64,000 nucleotides of DNA from Roseibacillus sp. (GCA_965242925.1 CBDEUM010000029.1:384001-448000); one strand, 5' to 3'; positions 1 to 10,349 are shown, counted from the first letter of the stretch. Notes: generated from the letters alone by a model not told the origin. Made by a program: numbers and translations.

Positions 1-91
1 CGAGGCTAATGACGTATTCATAGCGTTCGGTCCAGTCATGCAGGATATTAAGATTCTGCAGTAACTGCTCCTGTCTTTCCACGATGCTCAT
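1..91 (-). CDS. sufE: Fe-S cluster sulfur acceptor SufE, N-terminus only (runs off the window)
   Basis: Hand translation from ATG at 91: MSIVERQEQLLQNLNILHDWTERYEYVISL, matching the SufE 'DW.ERY.YII.LG' motif; lies directly downstream of sufS. Not in the ORF track. Confidence 0.8.
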   Translation of the reverse strand, partial: MSIVERQEQLLQNLNILHDWTERYEYVISL

Positions 92-177
92 CCGGGGAGG
101 AAGAAAACCGCGGATGCGGCAGGATGCACGCCGAAAGTTCGTATTTGGGAATCATGGTCCGGAATGCGCTGGCATTC

Positions 178-1410
178 TCAGCGCAGCATGGCCGCACTCT
201 TCTCCACAGCCTGTGCGAGACGCTGGACATCTCCTTCATCGTTAAAACAGGCAAAGGAGGCCCGGAGGGTTCCGGTGATGCCAAAGCGGGCCATGAGTGG
301 TTGGCAGCAATGGTGGCCGGTGCGGACGGCCACGCCCAATTTATCGATGAGAGTACCGAGGTCGTAGTGGTGGATGCCCTCCACGTTGAAGGAGAGGGAC
401 CCGGCACGATCACGGGGACCATGGAGTTTGACACCCTCGATGCCTGAGAGAGCGCTGGCGGCATGCCCGATGAGGGCATGCTCGTGTTCGTGGAGGTCGT
501 CGAGCCCCAGGTCATTCAGGAAGTCAAGGGCGGCCGCGAGAGCGATAGCGCCCTCAATATTGGGCGTGCCCGCCTCAAACTTATAGGGGAGATCATTGTA
601 GGTGGTGCCGTCGTAGGCGACCTTCTTGATCATTTCGCCGCCTCCCCTCCAGGGAGGAAGGCTTTCGAGGAGGACGCGTTTGCCGTAGAGGACGCCAATG
701 CCGGTTGGGGCGTAAACCTTGTGACCGGAAAAGACATAGAAGTCGACGTCCAGCGCCTGCAGGTCCAGCGCGAGGTGCGGTACGGCCTGTGCGCCATCGA
801 TGAGCACGAGGGCCCCCGCCTCATGAGCGGACTTGATGACGGCCTGGACCGGCAGGACCGTGCCGAAGGCATTTGAGACGTGTGTGAGAGCTACCAGTTT
901 CAGGGTGTCCTGGTGGGCATCGAGAAGGCGGTGGAAGTATTCCAGGTCGAGCGTTCCGTCCTCCTGAACGGAAATCACCTCCAGCGAAGCTCCCGAGCGC
1001 TCACAGAGCATCTGCCAGGGGACGATGTTGGAGTGATGCTCAAGGTTACTGATAACAATGGTGTCACCGGGGCCGATTCTGCCCGAGTAGCCGAGAACAG
1101 AGGCAACGAGGTTGATGCCATCAGTGGTGCCGCTGGTGAAGATGATCTCTTCCCGGGATTCGGCATGGAGGTGGGCGGCTACCGTATCGCGGGCCCGCTC
1201 GTGGGCGGCGGTAGCTTCCTGCGCCAGATAATGTGTGCCGCGATGAATGTTGGAATTCAGCAGCTCGTAGTAGTTGCGGCTGGCGTCCAGGACCGCTTGC
1301 GGTTTCTGCGAAGTGGCTGCGTTGTCAAGGTAGACGAGCGGGTGCCCGTGGACCTCATGCCCGAGGATGGGAAACTGGGAGCGCAGGGCACTGACATTGT
1401 AGCCGCTCAT
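178..1410 (-). CDS. sufS: Cysteine desulfurase, SufS family
   Basis: YLDNAATSQKP, FSGHKVYAPTGIG (PLP lysine), RTGHHCCQPL (catalytic Cys). Confidence 0.95.
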   Translation of the reverse strand: MSGYNVSALRSQFPILGHEVHGHPLVYLDNAATSQKPQAVLDASRNYYELLNSNIHRGTHYLAQEATAAHERARDTVAAHLHAESREEIIFTSGTTDGINLVASVLGYSGRIGPGDTIVISNLEHHSNIVPWQMLCERSGASLEVISVQEDGTLDLEYFHRLLDAHQDTLKLVALTHVSNAFGTVLPVQAVIKSAHEAGALVLIDGAQAVPHLALDLQALDVDFYVFSGHKVYAPTGIGVLYGKRVLLESLPPWRGGGEMIKKVAYDGTTYNDLPYKFEAGTPNIEGAIALAAALDFLNDLGLDDLHEHEHALIGHAASALSGIEGVKLHGPRDRAGSLSFNVEGIHHYDLGTLIDKLGVAVRTGHHCCQPLMARFGITGTLRASFACFNDEGDVQRLAQAVEKSAAMLR

Positions 1411-1609
1411 AGCCGGTTGGAGTTAAGACGACTGAGGGGGAACTGTTAAGCGTTAAGAGAAGGAGAATCCAGAACTTAGTGGCGGGGGCAGGATATGTCC
1501 GTGCCGTCAAGGTCAGGTCGGGTCTCCGGGACCAATGATATCCGGGGCAGCTGATCCTGTGCAGGACACAGCAACGCCCTTGGTGCAAGGGAGAGTCCTT
1601 GCGGATCTC

Positions 1610-3715
1610 TTACATGTTGGGCAGTTCGATGAATCCTTCAAGTTTCCGGATGCGTGTCGGGTGACGCATCTTGCGGAGAGCCTTGGCTTCGATCTGGCGG
1701 ATGCGCTCGCGGGTGACCTGGAACTGGCGCCCCACTTCCTCAAGCGTCCGGCTGTATCCATCCTTGAGGCCGAAGCGTTGCTCAAGCACCTCGCGTTCGC
1801 GTTCGGTGAGGGTATCAAGGACCTCGTTGATCTTTTCCTTGAGCATGGAGAAACCCGCTTCCTCCATGGGGTTCTCCGCGGTCTTGTCTTCGATGAAGTC
1901 GCCGAAGCTGGTGTCGTCGCTGTCGCCCACGGGCGCCTGCAGGGAGATAGGCTGCTGAGCCATCTTGAGGACCGCGCGCACGCGCTCAACCGGGAGGTGG
2001 ATTTCCTCCGCGATCTCGTCAGGGGTGGGCTCGCGGCCGTATTCCTGGACCAGCTGCTTCTGCACCCGCATGAGCTTGTTGATCGTTTCGATCATGTGGA
2101 CCGGGATGCGGATGGTGCGGGCCTGGTCTGCAATCGAGCGGGTGATGGCCTGGCGGATCCACCAAGTTGCATAGGTCGAGAACTTGTATCCGCGACGATA
2201 CTCGAATTTCTCGACCGCCTTCATGAGGCCCATGTTGCCTTCCTGAATGAGATCGAGGAAGGAGAGTCCGCGGTTGGTGTACTTTTTCGCAATGGAGATC
2301 ACGAGGCGCAGGTTGGCTTCCACCATTTCAGTCTTGGCCTTGTGCGCTTCCCCCAGCCAGTGATTGAGATCGCCGGTCGTGGACTCAAACTGCTCGTGGT
2401 CGTGCCAGGAATAGAGCTGTAGTTCCTTGAGCTTGGTTTCGAACTCCTTCTTATCCTTGATGCGTGAGCTCAGCTTGCGCTGATAGCGCCAGATCTTGTC
2501 CTGGGTTTCCCGGACCTCTTCGCAGAAATCCTCGATGACCTTCTGTTTGAAGTAGAAGCGATTGTAGAGGCGGGCCAGGGTGGTGAGGTTCTTGTCAAGA
2601 TTGGCGAGGAGCTTCTTCTTGCCACGCACCGATTTGGCGCTGAGTTTCTTGAAGACCTTGCTGGTGTCTTCATGCAGATTGCGCACTTGGTCGCAGAGCT
2701 TGGGCATCGTTTTCATGTAGCGCTCCCGGCTCTCAATTTTCTTGTCGAGAATGACGCGGTCGAAGCGCTCCTTGCCGCGTTGCAGTTTGTCGGCGAGCGC
2801 GAGGTAACTGTTTGCGGTGAACCCGAACCTGTGGAGGAACTGCTGCACGCAGATCTCCGCGTCCTCGATGCGTTTGGAGATCTCCACTTCCTGTTCGCGG
2901 GTCAGAAGGGGCACCTGCCCCATCTGCTTGAGATACATGCGGACCGGGTCGTCGAGGATGTCGAGTTTCTGGTCCTTGGTCTCCTCGGCAGCATCATCGG
3001 AGGATTTCTTGTCCTTGAATCGATCGACCTCTGAGGAGTCAATGATATTGAACTCCATGTTACGAAGACGATCCAGGATCGCCGCCACATCGGCCGGATC
3101 GACGAGGTCCTTGGGAAGAATCTCGTGGATGTCATCGTAGGTGAGATAGTCCTGCTCCTTGGCGAGCTTGATGAGCTCGCGCATCTTCTCCTGGATCTCC
3201 GGGGTGTCGATGCGGCTCTTTCCCTTTGGCTTCTTCTTGGAGGCGGCCTTCTCTTCAGCAGGGAGGGCCTTCTGTTTCTTCTGGCTGTCTTTCTTGGCTA
3301 CCTTCTTGGGAGCTTTCTTGGCTACCTTCTTGGCTGCCTTCTTGGGAGCTTTCTTGGCTGCCTTCTTGGCTGCCTTCTTGGGAGCTTTCTTGGCTGCCTT
3401 CTTGGGAGCTTTCTTGGCTGCCTTCTTGGGAGCTTTCTTGGCTGCCTTCTTGGGAGCTTTCTTGGCTGCCTTCTTGGGAGCTTTCTTAGCTGCCTTCTTG
3501 GGAGCTTTCTTAGCTGCCTTCTTGGGAGCTTTCTTAGCTGCCTTCTTGGGAGCTTTCTTAGCTGCCTTCTTGGGAGCTTTCTTAGCTGCCTTCTTGGGAG
3601 CTTTCGTGGCTGCCTTCTTAGTCACCTTCTTAGCGGCCTTCCTGGCCGACGGGGCGGCTTTTTTCTTGGCTGCTTTTTTGGCGGACTTCCTGGGCACGAC
3701 TTTTTTTTTCGCCAT
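1610..3715 (-). CDS. rpoD: Primary RNA polymerase sigma-70 factor with a Lys/Ala-rich N-terminal extension
   Basis: [11 protein letters not shown] (region 1.2), [65 protein letters not shown]; downstream of dnaG. Confidence 0.97.
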   Translation of the reverse strand: MAKKKVVPRKSAKKAAKKKAAPSARKAAKKVTKKAATKAPKKAAKKAPKKAAKKAPKKAAKKAPKKAAKKAPKKAAKKAPKKAAKKAPKKAAKKAPKKAAKKAPKKAAKKAPKKAAKKAAKKAPKKAAKKVAKKAPKKVAKKDSQKKQKALPAEEKAASKKKPKGKSRIDTPEIQEKMRELIKLAKEQDYLTYDDIHEILPKDLVDPADVAAILDRLRNMEFNIIDSSEVDRFKDKKSSDDAAEETKDQKLDILDDPVRMYLKQMGQVPLLTREQEVEISKRIEDAEICVQQFLHRFGFTANSYLALADKLQRGKERFDRVILDKKIESRERYMKTMPKLCDQVRNLHEDTSKVFKKLSAKSVRGKKKLLANLDKNLTTLARLYNRFYFKQKVIEDFCEEVRETQDKIWRYQRKLSSRIKDKKEFETKLKELQLYSWHDHEQFESTTGDLNHWLGEAHKAKTEMVEANLRLVISIAKKYTNRGLSFLDLIQEGNMGLMKAVEKFEYRRGYKFSTYATWWIRQAITRSIADQARTIRIPVHMIETINKLMRVQKQLVQEYGREPTPDEIAEEIHLPVERVRAVLKMAQQPISLQAPVGDSDDTSFGDFIEDKTAENPMEEAGFSMLKEKINEVLDTLTEREREVLEQRFGLKDGYSRTLEEVGRQFQVTRERIRQIEAKALRKMRHPTRIRKLEGFIELPNM
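3290..3640 (-). repeat. 24-nt tandem repeat encoding KKAAKKAP in rpoD
   Basis: Unit gggagctttctt(g/a)gctgccttctt occurs 10 times consecutively at about 3380-3619, with degenerate flanking copies. Confidence 0.97.
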
Positions 3716-3823
3716 GGGCCTATTCGGAGTAACTGGGACCGGGATACAATTCTCCCATTATAGCAAGCTGGGGGCTCTGCTCCCAGAAGCAAGAGGGGAC
3801 TGTTCTTGAGGTTACTGGGGAGG

Positions 3824-5632
3824 TCAAGGATTTTTGGCCTCGGAGCGTATTCTTTGCAGATCAGTGATCTGCTGCATGATCTCCTCGGCTTCCCCGTCGG
3901 TGAGGTCGGGGCTCTTGAGACGGGCACCGAGAGATCCCAATTCGCGGAGGATTCCCTGCTCGGCGAGTTTTCCCAGGATTTCGGTGGCGGCAGTGAGGGG
4001 ATCCTCAGGGGTGGGATCTTCGAGGAGGGCGAGCAGAACGGCCTGATCTTCCCGAGTTTGCTTTTGCAGGAAGGTGTTCACGGCCGCAGGTTCCGGAACT
4101 TCCGGTCGTGCGGTGAGAATGCACCGCAGAAGGGCCTCTCCCTCACGTCCTTCCGATCCAAGGAGGAGTTGCTCGGTCTGGTCACACAGGAAATCGAGAA
4201 CCTCGTGGGACTGGAGCGCGAGGGCGGCCAGAACCCCGAGTTCCCGGTCGACCGGGGTGGGTTCCACGACGATGGTCTCTTCCTTCCGCTCGCGGCGCCG
4301 GCTGGGTCGGCGGGCGGCCTCCACTACCGCCTGACGGATTCCGTCCGGCCCGAGTCCGAGACGTGTGGCCACGAAGTTAATGGATGCTTCCTGGGCGTTC
4401 TTGTCGGAGAGGGCATTGAGGAGAGGAGCGAGTTCCCGTGCCACCCGGGCCTTGGTGCCCGGATCCTCCAGATTGTTCTCTTCAGCAAGGTGGCGCAGCC
4501 GGTAGTCGAAGAACTCCGCGGATTTTTCCAACAGGACGCGGAAGGATTCCGGTCCCGACGACTTGATCAGGGAGTCAGGGTCCTCGCCCGCCGGCATGTT
4601 GGCGACCCGCACATCCATTCCGTAGGTTGCCAGTTCGAGGAAGGCCTTGGCCGCTGCATCGTGCCCGGCGGAGTCTGAGTCGTAGCAGATCACCACCTTG
4701 TTGGTGTTAGTGTAGCGATTGAGAAGACGCGCGTGTTCGCTGGTACAGGCGGTGCCCTGGGTCGCGACTGCGTTTTCTACGCCGGCTTCGTGACAGGCGA
4801 TTACGTCGAGTTGTCCTTCGCAGAGCACTGCATAATCCTTCATGTGGCGGATGGCCTTGTTGAGGCCGAAGAACACGTTGGCTTTCTTGAAGATGGGAGT
4901 CTCGGGGGAATTGATGTATTTCCCGCCCCCCTGCTCTTCCCGCAGTTTGCGTCCACTGAAGGCGATTACGTCGTCACGTTCGTTGTGGATGGGGAACATG
5001 AGACGGTCTCCAAAGCGGACCCAGAGACCAGCCCTGGGCCTACTGTCGTCCTTGAGCTTGGTCATGCCTGAGCGGAGGAGTTCCTTGCCGGTAAAGCCGG
5101 CTTCCCGAGCCCAATCGAGAAACAGGTTCGTGTTTTGTGGCATCCAGCCCACCGTCCAGCGGGCGGCCATCTCGCGGTTGTATCCGCGGGACTTCAGATA
5201 CTGACGGGCGTGCTCGGCAGCGGAATCCTCAAGGAGGAGCTTGTGCATGAAGCGGGCGGCCTGATTGTGGAGGAGTTTGAGGCGGCTGAGGTGACGACGA
5301 CGTCGGTCTTCCTGCGGGTCGTACTCTGCCTCCTCAATGGCGATATTGGCTCGCGAGGCCAGCTTGCGGAGAGCCTCTGGGAAGGGGAGATTTTCGTAGG
5401 CCATCATGAACCCCACCGCATTCCCGCCTTCGCCGCAGCCAAAGCAGCGATAGGACTGTCGGCCGGGGCTGACATTAAAGGAGGGAGTCTTTTCGTTGTG
5501 AAAGGGACAGTGGGTTTTGAAGTCGGCGCCCGCCCGCTTGAGATCCAGCCCATAGGATGAAATGAGGTCCACGATATCGGTCGCGCCGAGGACCTGTTGG
5601 ACGATTTCATCTGGGATGCGTGGCATCGGCAC
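3824..5632 (-). CDS. dnaG: DNA primase
   Basis: CHC2 zinc finger CPFHNEKTPSF...CFGC, KYINSPET, TOPRIM motifs EGQLDV and YDSDSAG. Confidence 0.97.
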   Translation of the reverse strand: MPMPRIPDEIVQQVLGATDIVDLISSYGLDLKRAGADFKTHCPFHNEKTPSFNVSPGRQSYRCFGCGEGGNAVGFMMAYENLPFPEALRKLASRANIAIEEAEYDPQEDRRRRHLSRLKLLHNQAARFMHKLLLEDSAAEHARQYLKSRGYNREMAARWTVGWMPQNTNLFLDWAREAGFTGKELLRSGMTKLKDDSRPRAGLWVRFGDRLMFPIHNERDDVIAFSGRKLREEQGGGKYINSPETPIFKKANVFFGLNKAIRHMKDYAVLCEGQLDVIACHEAGVENAVATQGTACTSEHARLLNRYTNTNKVVICYDSDSAGHDAAAKAFLELATYGMDVRVANMPAGEDPDSLIKSSGPESFRVLLEKSAEFFDYRLRHLAEENNLEDPGTKARVARELAPLLNALSDKNAQEASINFVATRLGLGPDGIRQAVVEAARRPSRRRERKEETIVVEPTPVDRELGVLAALALQSHEVLDFLCDQTEQLLLGSEGREGEALLRCILTARPEVPEPAAVNTFLQKQTREDQAVLLALLEDPTPEDPLTAATEILGKLAEQGILRELGSLGARLKSPDLTDGEAEEIMQQITDLQRIRSEAKNP

Positions 5633-5740
5633 GTCACCCTAGCGAGACCGGGGCGTTTGCCAATTCATCTGGGCGGAGATGAATGTGAAGAGATGTGATT
5701 TTCTCGCCAAGTGCATGAAAATCGGGTCTATAGTCAGTGC

Positions 5741-7939
5741 ATGAAACACGTGGTTCTTGGAGTGTCTGCCCTATTGGGCGTGATCGCCGTGGGGTTCGCC
5801 CAGGTGAATCCACCGGTTGTGGATAGGCCGGTGGAGGCTGGTCTGGAGGAGAGCTTCGAGGGTAAGGTGGTTGAGATCGAAGTGGGCGGGAAGAGTCTGA
5901 TGGATCTCCGCAAGTTTGAGGTGTGGACGAACACCCTGGGCCGGGTGGAGAAGGAAAAGGCCCGGGCGGTGGTCTTCCGGATCGATGCCCTGGAGGGCTA
6001 TCTGCCCGAGACGGAAAAACTGATGGGACAGGTGGCAAACCTCTCGGTGCCGAGCTATGCGCTGATCGAGGGGAAGGCCCTCGGAGCGGGAGCGCTTCTC
6101 GCTCTGGCCACTCAGACGATCTACATGACTCCGGAGTCCCTGATCGGGGGAGCGGGCTTGTTGGCTGGGGAAGACGGGGGAGACGAAACGGAACGGCAGC
6201 AACGTGATAGCCTCATGCTTGCCAAGATCCGGACGGTGGCCGGCAAACAGGGACATGCCATGGCCCTGATCCAGGCCATGCTGGAGGCTTCTGAGCAGCA
6301 GCGCCGCTTTGGTGATCTGGTCGTTCCCAAGGGGACGATTCTGACCCTGACGGCGCAGGAGGCTGTTTCGCAGGTGGAGGGAAAGGCCCTTCTTGCTGCG
6401 GGACAGGTCAGGGACGTGGCGGAACTGCTCGGGGAGGCGGGGCTGTCCGGGGCGGCAGTGGTAAAGGGAGCACGCCAATCCACCGCTGCCGTGAATAGGC
6501 CCGCCCCTGCCGAACTGGCGGAGGCTTCGGGGGAGGAGACCGTGGAAGAGAAGAGCCAGAACGACCTGCCGGGCAAGCTGAAGGAGGAGACCTTCAAGGG
6601 CAAGCTGGTGGTGTTGAAGGTGGGACGGGAAGATTTGATCAACAAGCAGAGCTTCAGGTTCTGGCGAAGGATGCTGCGACGGGCGGAAGACGAGAAGGCG
6701 CGGGCAGTTCTCTTCGATCTGGATACTCCCGGAGGCTATGCCTACGAGACCAAGGAGATCATGTCGGAAATCACGCGCCTGAAGATTCCCTGCTACGCTT
6801 TTGTGAATGAAAACGCCTTGAGCGCAGGGGCCCTCATGTCTGTGGCGACGGATGGAATCTATATGAGTCCGGAGGGCACAATCGGCGCTGCAGGCATCGT
6901 GAGTGGTAGCGGAGCGGAGATTGGGGACATGATGCGCAAGAAGCTCCATAGCGCCTTCGAGGCACAGATTCGCAGCGTGGCGGAGAAGAAAGGGTACGAT
7001 CCCGAGCTAATCCGGGCCATGATGATTCCGGAGGACCGGGACCGGGTCTTTGGAGCGGTGGTGGTCAGGGCCGGAGAACTGCTTACTCTCACCGCCAGCG
7101 AGGCGACTTCTCTGCGGGATGGTAAAACTCTACTGGCCAAGGCGGTGGCAGGCAGCATCGAGGAAATTGCGGAACTGGAGGGGATGGAAGGCGTTTCTAT
7201 CGTGCGGGCCGAAGCCACGGCCTTTGAGAACTTCGCCTGGTGGGTGTCGAAATGGTCTTTCCTTCTCATCCTGGTCGGCATGGCGGCCGCCTACGCTGAA
7301 CTGAAGGCTCCGGGATTCGGGGTAGGCGGAGCGATCTCTCTTCTTGCCTTTGGAATGTTCTTCTTTGGGAATTACATGGCGGGCAACCTGGCAAACTACG
7401 AACTGGTTGCGCTCTTTTTCCTGGGAGTGATCCTGGTGGCGGTGGAACTCTTCCTCATTCCGGGAACGGGGGTGACGGGAATTCTGGGGGTGTTGTGCAT
7501 GCTCGGGGCACTCCTTCTCGGAACGGTGGACAAGATTGACTGGAACGACTGGAAGTTGGGCGAGTTCTCGGGCAACCTCGTGGATCTGCTGCGCGGGCCG
7601 GCTCTCACCCTTGGAGCAGGTCTTCTGGGCGGCTGCACCCTGATTCTCCTGCTCATGCGCTTCCTGCCCGATACAGCCATCTTTCGTGCTCTCATCGCGA
7701 AGCAGGAACTGGCCGGCGGAGCTTCCCTTGAGGATGAGGCCGCGGTGGCGGGATCCGGGAAGCGGGTGGGCTGGACCGGTGAGGCTCTCACAGACTTGCG
7801 TCCGTCCGGTAAGGCGGTTTTGTCAGGAGAGGAATTCGACGTGGTGGCGGATGGGGCGTTCATCAGAAAAGGAGCGAAGGTGAGGGTCCTTGAACAGGAC
7901 GGCATGAGGATCGTAGTGGGCGAAATCGATTCCGCATAG
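5741..7939 (+). CDS. NfeD-family membrane-bound serine protease with a duplicated ClpP-like domain
   Basis: Signal peptide; LDTPGG and ALSAGAL motifs; ELKAPGFGVGG and ELFLIPG membrane region; C-terminal OB fold (ALTDLRPSGKA...FDVVADG). The track's upstream start at 5711 is less likely. Confidence 0.85.
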   Translation: MKHVVLGVSALLGVIAVGFAQVNPPVVDRPVEAGLEESFEGKVVEIEVGGKSLMDLRKFEVWTNTLGRVEKEKARAVVFRIDALEGYLPETEKLMGQVANLSVPSYALIEGKALGAGALLALATQTIYMTPESLIGGAGLLAGEDGGDETERQQRDSLMLAKIRTVAGKQGHAMALIQAMLEASEQQRRFGDLVVPKGTILTLTAQEAVSQVEGKALLAAGQVRDVAELLGEAGLSGAAVVKGARQSTAAVNRPAPAELAEASGEETVEEKSQNDLPGKLKEETFKGKLVVLKVGREDLINKQSFRFWRRMLRRAEDEKARAVLFDLDTPGGYAYETKEIMSEITRLKIPCYAFVNENALSAGALMSVATDGIYMSPEGTIGAAGIVSGSGAEIGDMMRKKLHSAFEAQIRSVAEKKGYDPELIRAMMIPEDRDRVFGAVVVRAGELLTLTASEATSLRDGKTLLAKAVAGSIEEIAELEGMEGVSIVRAEATAFENFAWWVSKWSFLLILVGMAAAYAELKAPGFGVGGAISLLAFGMFFFGNYMAGNLANYELVALFFLGVILVAVELFLIPGTGVTGILGVLCMLGALLLGTVDKIDWNDWKLGEFSGNLVDLLRGPALTLGAGLLGGCTLILLLMRFLPDTAIFRALIAKQELAGGASLEDEAAVAGSGKRVGWTGEALTDLRPSGKAVLSGEEFDVVADGAFIRKGAKVRVLEQDGMRIVVGEIDSA

Positions 7940-8147
7940 GGGGCCTGCCGCCCCGCCGGTTGTGACCAGTCTGCAGGGGCTGGTCGCGGCTTCCTTGCGA
8001 TAACGCAAAGCAGTTATGGTAACCGCATTGAGACACAAGATTGCATTGCGCAGGCGGTTATTTGAGTGAGGGTAATTAATGTCAGGAGTTTTGAATAAGG
8101 AACGCTGTTTCCCGTCGAACAATTAACGCCACACCATTTTGATTAGT

Positions 8148-8318
8148 ATGAAAATTCGCCAGAAAGCCACCGAAGGAGAAAGCCGCGAACTGCTGCTCAA
8201 GGAATATTTTCTGAATGCCTATCTGATCGCTTTACTCAAGCAGGTTGGCAAGGGAGTGCGCTGTTGCTCGGAAGAAGAAAACGAGCAGTTTGCACGACGG
8301 GTCGCCGAGCACAACTAG
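8148..8318 (+). CDS. Small hypothetical protein (56 aa)
   Basis: Hand translation: MKIRQKATEGESRELLLKEYFLNAYLIALLKQVGKGVRCCSEEENEQFARRVAEHN*. Preceded by an AT-rich region and followed by a strong hairpin. Confidence 0.5.
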   Translation: MKIRQKATEGESRELLLKEYFLNAYLIALLKQVGKGVRCCSEEENEQFARRVAEHN

Positions 8319-8358
8319 GCTCGGTCACGGACATGCCGAGATCGCCGGATTTTCAGGA

Positions 8359-8407
8359 GCCGGCAAAGTGGCCTTGTGGGTTTGGCCGCTTTGCCGGTTT
8401 GTCTGTT
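8359..8407 (+). terminator. Probable intrinsic terminator
   Basis: Stem GCCGGCAAAGTGGCC / GGCCGCTTTGCCGGT followed by TTGTCTGTT. Confidence 0.6.
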
Positions 8408-8466
8408 CTGGGGAGAGTGGTGCGGGGCCACTAACAGGGAACCTGGTCTCCGGTCCGTTCCGGGGC

Positions 8467-9108
8467 TCATGGTCCGGGGGTCGACGGTGGGGGGCGCCGG
8501 AAGATCGCGATGTGCCGGTCGATCGATTTGCCCGGGGCTTCTGAAAGCTTCCGGGAGCGGGGATTGCGGTGGTCAGCGATCTTGACCGCGCCCAGGTCGG
8601 TGAGTTTCCGGCAGGCTAGCTCGTGCTCCACATCGAAATAGGATGTGAGGACAAAGAGGCCGTCATCGCTGAGCTGACGAAGTGCGCCCTCGAACATACG
8701 CTCCCAGAGGACGGGGTCGTTCCAGAAATTCTGGTGGCGCATGAAAGTGATATCAAAGCGCTCGCTGGATGACATGGCTGCGAGGAAGCGCTTGCCATCT
8801 TCGACATGGAATCGCGTCTGCAGGTCGCTTTCCTTCTCGGTTCTCCAGCGCAGGCTGGCTTCCTCGATCTCCGCCGAGCGGATGTCGGCTCCCACGATTT
8901 CCAGGCGCTCCGCATCCCTGCCGAAGACATCAGCCAGCACGCCGGTCTCGTCAGCCCGGCCGCAGGCCAGATTAAGGATGCGTTGCTCCGTTCCCGCTTT
9001 GTTCACGCCGGGAATCCCGGCGAGGGTTGTCTCAAGAGCCCTCCTGAGCACGGACATGTCTTCCGGCAGGCCTGCGGAGTGAAAGGGCGTGTTGGGGTTG
9101 AGGGGCAC
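8467..9108 (-). CDS. Class I SAM-dependent methyltransferase
   Basis: ILNLACGRAD glycine loop, IVGADI motif II, FDITFMRH. Confidence 0.7.
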   Translation of the reverse strand: MPLNPNTPFHSAGLPEDMSVLRRALETTLAGIPGVNKAGTEQRILNLACGRADETGVLADVFGRDAERLEIVGADIRSAEIEEASLRWRTEKESDLQTRFHVEDGKRFLAAMSSSERFDITFMRHQNFWNDPVLWERMFEGALRQLSDDGLFVLTSYFDVEHELACRKLTDLGAVKIADHRNPRSRKLSEAPGKSIDRHIAIFRRPPPSTPGP

Positions 9109-9200
9109 GACGGTGCGATTAAAAGGTTCTCTCCTCGTGATTCAAGAGTTGAGTTGGGCCCTTCATTCTGTAAGGCCTCTGGGACATCGTCCCGGTCTTC

Positions 9201-10349
9201 ATGCCTAACCAAACATCCGGCCAACAGCTCCCGCAGGAATCTGCCGCCATCGTGCGCGGTATTGCCGACCAGTTCGCGATCGAGGGCCGGTATGTGGAGG
9301 GGGAAGAGGTGAAGAGCGGCCACATCAACTCGACCTACCTTGTGACCTACGAACTGGAGGGTGGCGAGTGTCGGCGCTACATCCTGCAGCGCATCAATGA
9401 GAAGGTCTTCAAGGATCCCCTGGCCGTGATGCGCAACGTGGAGTGTGTGACCTCCCACATCAACTGGAAGGTGTTACGCAGGAAGCAGAACCTCGGAGGA
9501 CAGACTCTGAGCCTCTACCCGCACAAGACCGGACGCTTTTATGGTCACGGTGAGGGAGGCGGGATCTGGCGCTGCTACAACTACTTAGAGGGTTGCCGGA
9601 CCTACGATGTGGTGGGGAACACCCGGCAGGCCTTCGAGGCCGGGCATGCTTTTGGGGCCTTCCAGAATCTGGTCAGCGATCTGCCCCCAGCCGAGATTGT
9701 AGAGACCATTCCCAATTTTCACGATACGCCACGGCGATACCGGGCCCTCATGGAGGCGGTGGAACGGGACTCCTGCGGACGGGTGGCCGAGGTGGAGATG
9801 GAGTTGGAGTTCGTCCGCCGGAACGAGGATGTGCTCGATCGGCTTCTCAGGCTCAGGGAGGAGGGATCCCTTCCCCTGCGCATCACCCACAACGACACTA
9901 AGATCAACAACGTTCTCTTCGATGTGGAGACGGACGAAGCGGTTTGCGTGATCGATCTCGACACGGTCATGCCGGGGCTCAGTCTGTATGACTTTGGAGA
10001 CCTGGTTCGCACCGCTACAAACCCGGCCGCGGAAGACGAGCGTGATCTCGGGAAGGTGGAAATGAGCATCAGGGTGTTCGAGTCCCTTGTGGAAGGTTAC
10101 CTCGACGCGGCGGGGAAAGTTCTCAACGAGACTGAGATCGGACAAATGGCCTTTGCGGGTCGACTCATCTCCCTCGAACTCGGGATGCGCTTTCTGACCG
10201 ACCACCTCGATGGCGACCGCTACTTCCGTGTCCACCGGGAGAACCAGAATCTTGACCGTGCCCGGACGCAGTTGTGCCTCGCCCGGCAGATTGCGGAGCA
10301 AGAGGAGGAGATGAACAGGTTTGTTCTCAAGGTGGCGAGAGCCGGGTGA
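9201..10349 (+). CDS. APH-superfamily phosphotransferase (N-acetylhexosamine 1-kinase-like)
   Basis: GHINSTY, YILQRIN, ETIPNFHDTP, THNDTKINN, VIDLDTVMPG. Confidence 0.85.
   Translation: MPNQTSGQQLPQESAAIVRGIADQFAIEGRYVEGEEVKSGHINSTYLVTYELEGGECRRYILQRINEKVFKDPLAVMRNVECVTSHINWKVLRRKQNLGGQTLSLYPHKTGRFYGHGEGGGIWRCYNYLEGCRTYDVVGNTRQAFEAGHAFGAFQNLVSDLPPAEIVETIPNFHDTPRRYRALMEAVERDSCGRVAEVEMELEFVRRNEDVLDRLLRLREEGSLPLRITHNDTKINNVLFDVETDEAVCVIDLDTVMPGLSLYDFGDLVRTATNPAAEDERDLGKVEMSIRVFESLVEGYLDAAGKVLNETEIGQMAFAGRLISLELGMRFLTDHLDGDRYFRVHRENQNLDRARTQLCLARQIAEQEEEMNRFVLKVARAG

Noticed and set aside
3701..3709. A9 runs near the starts of rpoD and the RlmD-like gene (11601-11609) as phase-variation tracts
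   Set aside because: Both are in frame and encode Lys runs; rpoD is essential, and A-rich 5' ends are common.
3125..3809. Plus-strand ORFs with LLGSFLGC / AFLAAFLG repeats
   Set aside because: Antisense shadows of the rpoD lysine/alanine repeat.
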